From Verrucomicrobiota bacterium (GTDB lineage: Bacteria; Chlamydiota; Chlamydiia; Chlamydiales; JAAKFR01), in the NCBI GenBank assembly GCA_018239815.1, contig JAFEGP010000001.1, positions 47,980-111,979 on the forward strand: a stretch of 64,000 nt of DNA, given 5' to 3'. A model generated the notes under the pieces. That model did no database searches, was not told the DNA's origin, and was given only the letters and a program-made list of their open reading frames with translations. Below, piece after piece: positions 19,820 through 27,515 of this stretch (position 1 is the stretch's first letter; every line of letters begins with the position of its first letter). The translations under genes were made by a program, and so were the position numbers.

Positions 19820-20416
19820 ATGCCAGAAAAGCTTTTAGCAGAGGTTGCGCAGCATCGAAAGTCGACTTATCCAGTTCATCCTATCCTTCTTAATCGTTGG
19901 TCTCCAAGATCTATGACCGGAGAAAGTATGAGCGATGAAGAGTTATTTTCTCTTTTTGAAGCAGCACGTTGGGCTCCCTCTTCTTATAATGCTCAGCCTT
20001 GGAGGTTTGTTTATGCAAAGAGAAATACTCCTCATTGGCAAACGATTTTTGATCTGATGATTCCCTTTAATCAAAGCTGGGCTAAAAATGCAGCTTGTTT
20101 GGTAGTGGTTGTGTCTAAAAAAACTTTTGAACACAACGGTAAGCCTGGACGTACTCATAGTTATGATGCAGGTGCTGCTTGGATGAGCTTAGCTATAGAG
20201 GCTTCAAGTCGTGGTTATGTTGCACATGGCTTGGAAGGATTTGATGAGGTAAAAGCAAGAAAAGATCTTCATGTTCCAGATGATTATCATGTAGATGCTA
20301 TGATTGTCTTAGGAAAGAGAGCTCCCAAAGAAGAGTTAAGCCAGGAACTGCAAGAAAGAGAATTCCCTAGCTCTAGACGTCCTTTGTCTGAAATTCTTAA
20401 AGAAGGTTGTTTTTAA
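19820..20416 (+). CDS. Nitroreductase family protein
   Basis: About 198 aa. R.S.R.....MSDEEL..L.EAARWAPSSYNAQPWRFV is the nitroreductase N-terminal signature. ATG 19820 is preferred over TTG 19814. Confidence 0.8.
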   Translation: MPEKLLAEVAQHRKSTYPVHPILLNRWSPRSMTGESMSDEELFSLFEAARWAPSSYNAQPWRFVYAKRNTPHWQTIFDLMIPFNQSWAKNAACLVVVVSKKTFEHNGKPGRTHSYDAGAAWMSLAIEASSRGYVAHGLEGFDEVKARKDLHVPDDYHVDAMIVLGKRAPKEELSQELQEREFPSSRRPLSEILKEGCF

Positions 20417-20450
20417 GAGTTAAGTTTTTTTTTGGCTTAAGAACAAAAAA

Positions 20451-20479
20451 TTGACGTTTTTCGATAGCATCTGTATATT
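20451..20479 (+). promoter_or_regulatory. Sigma-70-type promoter candidate for rplU-rpmA-obg (TTGACG-17 nt-TATATT)
   Basis: -35 ttgacg at 20451-20456, a 17-nt spacer, then -10 tatatt at 20474-20479. This leaves a ~200-nt leader before the rplU ATG at 20681. Confidence 0.5.
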
Positions 20480-20680
20480 TACTCTTATTTTTTTATACAG
20501 AAGTAGTTCTCTTGCGAGGGGGAGCCAATAAGGCTCTTGTATTAATCTCTATACTGTAGTACTCTTTCGCCATCGCTTTTGGGCAGAATAGCGTGGAGGG
20601 ATCTAGCGGTCCCTAGAAGCTCCTCTTTCTTAAAGAGGGAGAAACTGTCACCACTTTGGAAGTAAATTTTGGAAGTAAAC

Positions 20681-21004
20681 ATGGAAAGATACGCAATTGT
20701 CCAGACAGGTAGTAAGCAATTTAAAGTCCAGGAAGGCGATGTTATTGATGTGGAGCTTGTTCCTGGAGAGCAAGGAAAAACCGTAAAGTTTGAAGAAGTG
20801 CTTTTTGTAGGTGCTGGAGAGAAAACTGTAATAGGTATACCTACTGTAAAGGGTGCTTATGTGACAGCAGAAGTTATAGATCAAGTTCGTGGCCCTAAAG
20901 TTATTTCTTATAAATATAAGCAAAGAAAGAACTATCGTCGCAAAGTTGGACATCGACAAAACTATACACGAGTAAAAATTACGGGAGTGCAACATGGCAC
21001 ATAA
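20681..21004 (+). CDS. rplU: 50S ribosomal protein L21
   Basis: [22 protein letters not shown] is a typical L21 N-terminus. ATG 20681 is preceded by ggaag. The track ORF begins at TTG 20669. Confidence 0.93.
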   Translation: MERYAIVQTGSKQFKVQEGDVIDVELVPGEQGKTVKFEEVLFVGAGEKTVIGIPTVKGAYVTAEVIDQVRGPKVISYKYKQRKNYRRKVGHRQNYTRVKITGVQHGT

Positions 21005-21242
21005 GAAAGGACAGGGTTCGACTCGAAACGGTCGTGATTCTCATTCACAGCGTCTTGGAGTCAAAGCTAGCGCTGGTGAGTTCGTCACAGCAGGAAGTAT
21101 TTTGGTTCGTCAACGCGGTACAAAATGGCATCCATCTTCTAATGTTGCAAGAGGAACGGATGATACTTTATTCGCTTTAATTGACGGTATCGTGCATTTT
21201 CGCAAAGCCAAAAGAACCCTAGTCTCTGTGATGCCTGAATAA
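20994..21242 (+). CDS. rpmA: 50S ribosomal protein L27
   Basis: [23 protein letters not shown] is a canonical L27 N-terminus. It overlaps the rplU end by 11 nt. Confidence 0.95.
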   Translation: MAHKKGQGSTRNGRDSHSQRLGVKASAGEFVTAGSILVRQRGTKWHPSSNVARGTDDTLFALIDGIVHFRKAKRTLVSVMPE

Positions 21243-21267
21243 GGTTGAAAGAGAGGGGGAATCATAT

Positions 21268-22263
21268 ATGTTTACAGATCGCGTTCGTTTACAGTTACAG
21301 GCCGGCAAAGGTGGTAATGGAGTTATCGCATGGCGGCGCGAAAAGTATATTCCAAAAGGTGGGCCTTGTGGGGGAAATGGTGGCCCCGGGGGCTCTGTAG
21401 TTCTTACAGCCGATGCCCAGGTTCCATCTTTAGATCACTATCGTAATCAGCGTATTCTTCGAGCAGAAAATGGTGGGCAGGGGGGCTCTAATGATCGCAA
21501 TGGTCGTCGAGGTCGTAATCTGGTCCTAAAAGTTCCTTTAGGTACTTTACTTAAAGATAGTGAGACAGGCGAGGTCATTTTTGATTTCGTAGAACATGGT
21601 CAAACTTATCTTATTTGTGAGGGAGGAAGGGGAGGAATAGGCAATAACTTCTTTAAAACTCCAACTAACCGTGCCCCGAATAAGTGTACTCCAGGAAAAT
21701 ATGGAGAAGTAAAATCCGTAGAGCTGGAGTTAAAACTGATTGCTGATGTGGGTTTTGTTGGTTTTCCAAACGCTGGCAAATCGACGCTTCTCACTCAGTT
21801 AGCGCGTGTGCGAGTTAAAGTTGCTCCTTACCCTTTTACAACTTTACATCCAAATTTAGGCTGTTTACGTACAGAAAAAAATGAGAGAGTAATTTTTGCA
21901 GATATCCCAGGTATTATTTCAGGTGCTCATCTCAATCGAGGACTAGGTTTAGCATTTTTGCGTCACATTGAGCGTACTAAGGTTTTGGTGTTTGTAGTAG
22001 ATGGATCTGGTATGGAAGGGCGCGATCCTTTAGAGGATTTAGCTGTATTACGTAAAGAAATAGAAGCGTATCAGCCTTCTTTATTGCAAAAGCCTTCCAT
22101 TGTAGTATGGAATAAAGCTGACTTAGGTCAAGAATTACCTGAAGTAGAGGGATACTCCGTGAGTATTTCTGCTTTGACAGGTGATGGAGTAGAGCGCTTC
22201 CTGACACAAGTTTTAAATCTACTTGAAGAAACAACTCAAGAAACAGATGCGCAAGCTGTTTAG
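21268..22263 (+). CDS. obg: GTPase Obg/CgtA
   Basis: MFTDRVRLQLQAGKGGNG..AWRREKY.PKGGP.GG.GG.GG is the Obg glycine-rich fold, followed by G-domain motifs GFPNAGKSTLL and DIPG. Confidence 0.93.
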   Translation: MFTDRVRLQLQAGKGGNGVIAWRREKYIPKGGPCGGNGGPGGSVVLTADAQVPSLDHYRNQRILRAENGGQGGSNDRNGRRGRNLVLKVPLGTLLKDSETGEVIFDFVEHGQTYLICEGGRGGIGNNFFKTPTNRAPNKCTPGKYGEVKSVELELKLIADVGFVGFPNAGKSTLLTQLARVRVKVAPYPFTTLHPNLGCLRTEKNERVIFADIPGIISGAHLNRGLGLAFLRHIERTKVLVFVVDGSGMEGRDPLEDLAVLRKEIEAYQPSLLQKPSIVVWNKADLGQELPEVEGYSVSISALTGDGVERFLTQVLNLLEETTQETDAQAV

Positions 22264-23102
22264 TGGCGTATCGTAGAAGGTTTTTTGAAACGAATAGTTA
22301 AGAGGTAGATTGCTCCTGAAAACAGGGCAATCGTTGCACCTGTTGGCCAATCTAATCTGTAAGAAAGACTCATTCCCCCAAGACAAAAGAGCATATTTAG
22401 CCCCACAGCAATTATCATCATGGTTGAAAGGCGATTAGAAAATTTCTCGGCAATAGAGGGAGGAAGAGCAAGCATGCTTAAGACCAAAACAATGCCAACA
22501 GTATGAATTAACAACACAATCGACAAAGAAATTAAGACCAATAGCAGCAGATAAAGCCTTTTCACAGATAAGCCTTGGAGTGCGGCTTGGCGCTCATCAA
22601 AGCAAATAGCTAAAAATTGTCTATGGAAAACTAAGACACAGACTAAAATCATGGCGTCCAGACTTAAGAGTAAAATTAAATCTGTGCCGCTCACCCATAA
22701 AGCATTTCCCAATAAAAAATTCATTAATTCGACATTATAACCAGGGGTTTGAGAGGCAAAGATAATTCCAGCAGCCATACCTAAAGACCAAATCATAGCA
22801 ATAACGGTATCTTCTCGTTGGCGGGCATGAAGATGAACCATGCCTATAATTAAAGCTGAGAGAATGGCTGCAACAAGTCCTCCATAAATAGGTTGTAGCC
22901 AAGGAAGATGATAGCTACGCTGTAACCATAAGGCACACCCTAACCCTCCTAATACAGAGTGGGAGATACTCCCACTAATCGAAACAATTCTTTTGACCAC
23001 AACATAGGAGCCTAATATCCCTCCTGCAAAAGAAGCCGCTAGAGTTGCTAGCAAAGCCATTTGTAACAGAGGAGTAGAAAGAAGCGCTTGTAAAAAGTTC
23101 AT
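22260..23102 (-). CDS. Metal (Zn/Mn/Fe) ABC transporter permease (ABC-3 family)
   Basis: A 280-aa polytopic protein, last gene of a three-gene SBP-ATPase-permease operon. Its size and hydrophobicity pattern match ZnuB/MntB/TroC-type permeases. Confidence 0.75.
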   Translation of the reverse strand: MNFLQALLSTPLLQMALLATLAASFAGGILGSYVVVKRIVSISGSISHSVLGGLGCALWLQRSYHLPWLQPIYGGLVAAILSALIIGMVHLHARQREDTVIAMIWSLGMAAGIIFASQTPGYNVELMNFLLGNALWVSGTDLILLLSLDAMILVCVLVFHRQFLAICFDERQAALQGLSVKRLYLLLLVLISLSIVLLIHTVGIVLVLSMLALPPSIAEKFSNRLSTMMIIAVGLNMLFCLGGMSLSYRLDWPTGATIALFSGAIYLLTIRFKKPSTIRH

Positions 23103-23106
23103 GAGT

Positions 23107-23850
23107 TTATAGGCGTTGTTGTATGTTTAAGATACCTTGATGATATAAACCCTGTGTAAAATGATGACACAAGGCATCACGAGGATGTTCTTCTACCGTC
23201 CCTTGTACGCAAAATAACCGCTCTCCTAATGCTAAGGCTCCTTTTAAATCATGCGTGACCATAATAATGGTTGTCTTGCCCTTTAAAGTGGATAACAGTT
23301 GATAAATGGTTTGTTGGGCAGCGGGGTCTAAATTCGCAGTAGGTTCATCTAAGAATAAAATGGAAGGATGAGAGGCTAGGGCTCTAGCTAATAAAACCCT
23401 TTGGGCTTCTCCTCCTGATAAAGAGGAAAAAGAAACATGAGCAAATTTTTCCATCCCCACACGCCCTAATGCCTCTTTAGCTAATTTTAAGCGTTCAGAG
23501 CGAGAGGCGTGCATCAAACCTAGACACACGACATCTAGGACACAGATCGGAAAGAAGGGATCAGGTCGAAAATGCTGAGGAACCCACCCCATATGCGGGC
23601 GCGCCGAAGCTATAGAGGTGCCTAATATGCGAATTTCTCCACGATCAGGTGATAAAAAGCCCATTAATAGATTGAGAAGAGTTGTTTTGCCCCCTCCATT
23701 GGGACCAAAAAGAATAGCAAATTCACCGGGATGCAAAGTCATGGAAACGTTGTTTAAAATCAATTGCCCTGAGGCATAGTAATGTAACCCCCTAATAAAA
23801 AGGGCAGGCTCAGAGTATTTCGGCAAATTGTCGTAAGTTGTCAAGAACAT
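23107..23850 (-). CDS. Metal ABC transporter ATP-binding protein
   Basis: Walker A GPNGGGKTTLL, ABC signature LSGGEAQRV and Walker B ILFLDEPTANLD. The start is uncertain because the ORF overlaps the SBP gene by 41 nt. Confidence 0.85.
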   Translation of the reverse strand: MFLTTYDNLPKYSEPALFIRGLHYYASGQLILNNVSMTLHPGEFAILFGPNGGGKTTLLNLLMGFLSPDRGEIRILGTSIASARPHMGWVPQHFRPDPFFPICVLDVVCLGLMHASRSERLKLAKEALGRVGMEKFAHVSFSSLSGGEAQRVLLARALASHPSILFLDEPTANLDPAAQQTIYQLLSTLKGKTTIIMVTHDLKGALALGERLFCVQGTVEEHPRDALCHHFTQGLYHQGILNIQQRL

Positions 23851-24616
23851 CCTCTCGATAAGGGTCTACAAGTACAACCTTTGCTCCAAGAGCTTTGGCG
23901 ATACGTTCTCCCCCTTTCATGCTATATTGTTTCTGTAAAAACACAGAATGCACGTCAGCTTGACGTGCTTGCTCTAAAATATCCATTAACTGCTTCACAG
24001 AAGGTTCTTTACCTTCTTGTTCGATCGAAATTTGTTGCAGTCCATAATCGCGACAAAAATAACCAAATGCAGGGTGTGTGACAAGGATGGATGTGCCTTG
24101 TTTACCTTTCAAAAGAGCCGTAATTTTGGTGTCTAAATCATCTAAATCAGCAAGTAAGCGCTGCAAATTGGCCTGAAAGTAAGGTCCAGATTCAGGAAAA
24201 TGCTGACTCAAGACAGAGGTCATTTGGCAAGCTAACTGTTTTAATAGTGAGGGGCTGAGCCAAATATGAGGGTCATAGGCCTCAATATCTTGGCAACAAC
24301 CACAAGTAGGAAGTAATGGGATGCCCTCACGTTGATCCACAATATGCAATTTGGAGCCTAAAGTTGAAACCAGTCTTTTTTCAAAGCCTTCCCCAATACG
24401 AAACCAAACTGTGCTTCTTTGAATGATCATGGTTTGGCGGGGGGAAGGTTCATAAGAATGAGGACTGACGCCTTCTGGGACAATGACATCCACTAAAATA
24501 CGATCCTCAGCGATACGTGAAATAAGATGTTTTTGAGGAGCAACGCTAACTAAGACGCGAGGCTTAGCAAAAAGAGAAGACGAAAGTAAAAGAAAAATAA
24601 GCAGAAATTTTTTCAT
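23810..24616 (-). CDS. Periplasmic metal-binding protein (cluster 9 / ZnuA-TroA family) of the ABC transporter
   Basis: 268 aa with signal peptide MKKFLLIFLLLSSSLFA. SPHSYEPSP and DPHIWLSP are the conserved His-containing metal-binding segments of this family. Confidence 0.8.
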   Translation of the reverse strand: MKKFLLIFLLLSSSLFAKPRVLVSVAPQKHLISRIAEDRILVDVIVPEGVSPHSYEPSPRQTMIIQRSTVWFRIGEGFEKRLVSTLGSKLHIVDQREGIPLLPTCGCCQDIEAYDPHIWLSPSLLKQLACQMTSVLSQHFPESGPYFQANLQRLLADLDDLDTKITALLKGKQGTSILVTHPAFGYFCRDYGLQQISIEQEGKEPSVKQLMDILEQARQADVHSVFLQKQYSMKGGERIAKALGAKVVLVDPYREDVLDNLRQFAEIL

Positions 24617-24721
24617 GAATAAAAAGGAGAGTATAGCTTAAAAATCTATTCTTAGCAACTGACGGTTAAAGTAGTTCTTGCTAGATATGCCTTGGGTCTT
24701 CTATGCTCCTTGTGTTCTTGC

Positions 24722-24809
24722 GGAGGAGTGTTCGAGTGGCTTAAGGAGCACGCTTGGAAAGCGTGTGTACGCTAACCCCGTACCGTGGGTTCGAATCCCA
24801 CCTCCTCCG
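24722..24809 (+). tRNA. tRNA-Ser (anticodon GGA)
   Basis: 88 nt. Acceptor ggaggag/ctcctcc, anticodon stem cacgc/gcgtg with loop ttGGAaa, long variable arm tgtacgctaaccccgtacc, T arm gtggg-ttcgaat-cccac, discriminator g. Confidence 0.95.
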
Positions 24810-24933
24810 TCTTTCTACCTTAGGTCTTCTTTCTTAAAAGTTTTTTGTGTTGAGATTGTATAAATTTTTTGCAAAAAAAGTGTAAATAAATATTTTTTTT
24901 GATAAAAGAGTCGCAAACCACCGGTTTGCTAAG

Positions 24934-25320
24934 ATGACTATCTCATATTCAAGACTTGATATGTTTTTTCAGCAACAGTCCTCTTTTGAACAAAAGAGTT
25001 CCCGAATTTTTACCGTTGTAGCAGTGAGTTTAAGTTTTGTAGCGCTATATGCTGGTACAATGCATTTGCGAGAGTTTAAGACTTACAGAGGACTGGGAGA
25101 AATCTTAACAAGTGTTTTTCTATTTTATCTTGGGACATGTCAGCGTTCTAGATATCGAGAAAATTTGTGTGAAACTGACAGAAAAGACAGTCATCAAGAT
25201 GCTATTGCATCCAACCTCCCTGCTGATAGGGGATCTTCACCATCCGAATCTTTCGTTCCGCCTAGGCCTGTTGTGTTTTATATTGGAGATGGGGACGAAG
25301 ACGAGGATGAGTCAATATAA
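24934..25320 (+). CDS. Hypothetical membrane protein with paired hydrophobic segments and an acidic C-terminus
   Basis: 128 aa. Segments IFTVVAVSLSFVALYAGTM and ILTSVFLFYLGTC, with a C-terminal GDGDEDEDESI. No family recognised. Confidence 0.4.
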   Translation: MTISYSRLDMFFQQQSSFEQKSSRIFTVVAVSLSFVALYAGTMHLREFKTYRGLGEILTSVFLFYLGTCQRSRYRENLCETDRKDSHQDAIASNLPADRGSSPSESFVPPRPVVFYIGDGDEDEDESI

Positions 25321-25438
25321 GTTTTAAAAACATTTGAGTTTTCAAATTCTTTTATTTCTTTCAAACAACATTTTTTCATATAGGAAAACAAGACTAGCTT
25401 TTTAACAAAGTGGAACGTAAAATTGGGGCAAAATTTCC

Positions 25439-26755
25439 ATGTTTTTTGAAGGACTCTCTAGACTCGATGCTATTTTCTGGGGCTACGTCGCCTTCTTCCT
25501 GATTTTATTTTCAGGAGTTGTTCTCACGTTTCAAAGTCGTTTCGTACAATTCACACAAATTCCTTTAATTTTTAAAACTTTTTGGGCTTGTCTTTCTCAT
25601 AAAAAAGAGCCTCAAAAAGGCGTGCATCCTGTTAAAATATTCTTTGCTTCTACAGGCGGCATGATTGGTATTGGTAACGTAGTAGGGATTACCACAGCTG
25701 TGCAATTTGGTGGTCCCGGGGCCTTGTTTTGGATTTGGGTGGCTGGAGTCATTGGCGCTATTTTGAAATATAGCGAAATCTATTTGGGGCTCAAATTTCG
25801 TGTGGAAAATGCTCATGGTGGTTACGACGGCGGGCCCATGTTTTTCTTGAAACAAGCCTTTCGCTCTCCTGCTATACCCTTTGTTGTAGCAATTTTGCTT
25901 TGTCTTTATGGTGTTGAGATTTATCAGTTTACTATCATTGCTGACAGTGTTAGCTCAAACTGGCATTTTAATCGTACTTTTGTTGTTTTACTTCTGTTAT
26001 TGGCTATTTTATGGGCAGCATTAGGTGGCGTAAGCCGCATAGGTAAAATTTCTTTGTGGATTATTCCAGTTTTTCTTCAGATCTATGCCGTAATGGGGAT
26101 TTGCATTATCGTTTCTGAAGCGTCTGCTTTACCAGCGATGTTAGCCAAGGTGATTCATTCTGCATTTACAGGACATGCTGCAGTGGGCGGGTTCGCCGGC
26201 AGTACTATGCTTTTAGCTATTCAACACGGGATTGCTCGTACAGCGTATTCAGCAGATATTGGAGTTGGATATGATTCGATTATCCAGAGCGAATCCAGCA
26301 TCTCTGTTCCTCATACACAGGCAGCACTGGCTATTTTGGGTGTTTTAATTGATAACTTTATCTGTACGCTCACTATTTTAGTTGTTTTACTTTCCGGGGC
26401 ATGGCTATTGGAAGGTGAAGGAACCAGTATTATTCAGGCTGCTTTTAGTACTTATTTTCCTTATATGGATTTGTTTTTACCATTTTTTTATATTGTCACA
26501 GGTTATACAACTTTAATTGTTTACTTTTGTGTTGGGCTTAAATGTTGTCGTTATTTGTTTCCGCGTCATGGTAAGGCTCTTTATCTTTTCTTTGGCTGCT
26601 GGATGTTTCTCTTTTTTTCTTATACTTCTCAAAGCAAAGCTCTGCTTGTCATGTCGGTGGCAGGTGCTATGTTGTTGATTATCAATTTAATTGGCATCTT
26701 TCGCCTTAGAAATGAAATTTCTTTCTTTGATTCATCTGTAGAATTAAAAAACTAA
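25439..26755 (+). CDS. Sodium:alanine (amino acid carrier, AGCS family) symporter
   Basis: A 438-aa polytopic protein. GGMIGIGNVVGITTAVQFGGPGALFWIWVAGVIGAILKYSE matches the AGCS conserved region. Confidence 0.8.
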   Translation: MFFEGLSRLDAIFWGYVAFFLILFSGVVLTFQSRFVQFTQIPLIFKTFWACLSHKKEPQKGVHPVKIFFASTGGMIGIGNVVGITTAVQFGGPGALFWIWVAGVIGAILKYSEIYLGLKFRVENAHGGYDGGPMFFLKQAFRSPAIPFVVAILLCLYGVEIYQFTIIADSVSSNWHFNRTFVVLLLLLAILWAALGGVSRIGKISLWIIPVFLQIYAVMGICIIVSEASALPAMLAKVIHSAFTGHAAVGGFAGSTMLLAIQHGIARTAYSADIGVGYDSIIQSESSISVPHTQAALAILGVLIDNFICTLTILVVLLSGAWLLEGEGTSIIQAAFSTYFPYMDLFLPFFYIVTGYTTLIVYFCVGLKCCRYLFPRHGKALYLFFGCWMFLFFSYTSQSKALLVMSVAGAMLLIINLIGIFRLRNEISFFDSSVELKN

Positions 26756-26785
26756 TTAAACTATAATTAACTTTATAGGTTAATT

Positions 26786-27112
26786 ATGACTCCTTATGAA
26801 ATTTGCATGGTTTCAGTATTTGGGTTTGTTGCGTTACTTTTACTAGTTTTTGTCATCGTATTGTCAATTTCCTTGGTTTCCTTGAATAGGAAAGTGGGCG
26901 TAATTTTGCAGGACGTTGCACATAAATTAGATACGCTAGACCCAGCTTTTCATTTGCTATATCGCTTAGGTGCTTATGCGGATGAGAAAGCGGAAGAATT
27001 TTGTGAACGAGACAAAGAGCAACCTTCATGGTTACAAGCTGTAGTCCAGTTGGCATCTCTTGCTGCTGCAGGAGCTGGAATTTGGAAAAATTATAGAAAT
27101 AGGGGACGTTAA
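26786..27112 (+). CDS. Small membrane-anchored protein (DUF948-like), paired with a YtxH-like gene
   Basis: 108 aa with an N-terminal TM segment (VSVFGFVALLLLVFVIVLSISLV) and then a helical region. It lies 2 nt upstream of the YtxH-like ORF, an arrangement I recall from ytxG-ytxH. Confidence 0.45.
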   Translation: MTPYEICMVSVFGFVALLLLVFVIVLSISLVSLNRKVGVILQDVAHKLDTLDPAFHLLYRLGAYADEKAEEFCERDKEQPSWLQAVVQLASLAAAGAGIWKNYRNRGR

Positions 27113-27114
27113 GA

Positions 27115-27363
27115 ATGTTCTTCCAACGACGTAAAACTTCTCATACAAAAAGCTTTTTAAAAGGAGCTCTTTTGGGAGGCATTGCTTTAGGCATCACTGC
27201 CCTACTTTTTGCTCCCAAAACAGGTAAACAAGCTAGAGCTGATTTAAAAAAGAAATATAAATCAGCTTCTAAAGCGACTAAAGGGCTTTATAAAAATGTC
27301 GTGCAATCAGCAGAAGATTTTGCTCACGAAGCTAAAAAGAAGACCAAACGCTGGTTTCGATAG
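27115..27363 (+). CDS. YtxH-like protein
   Basis: 82 aa. GALLGGIALGITALLFAPKTGKQARADLKKKY matches the YtxH motif G.l.G...G....LlfAPksGke.R..l. Confidence 0.65.
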   Translation: MFFQRRKTSHTKSFLKGALLGGIALGITALLFAPKTGKQARADLKKKYKSASKATKGLYKNVVQSAEDFAHEAKKKTKRWFR

Positions 27364-27515
27364 GTCACGGCTAGTTTACAGCAACTTTTTATAGCGCTAG
27401 TTTTGTCTTGGATGCGTTTTTAATCGAGACAATCAACAAAATTTCTCAAAAAGTTAGTCGAGAAACGGATTAATCCTTTGTTTTTTTTAGTCGTGTCTTT
27501 ATAACTCTTTTACAT

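Noticed and set aside
20648-20995. 115-aa minus-strand ORF antisense to rplU. Similar antisense or alternate-frame ORFs: 1878-2302, 3303-3500, 4948-5374, 5595-5849, 35012-35254, 36117-36386, 36885-37184, 38274-39164, 47341-47649, 55832-56059, 62368-62958
   Set aside because: All lie inside strongly supported genes on the other strand or frame, lack motifs, and have the skewed composition expected of shadow ORFs.
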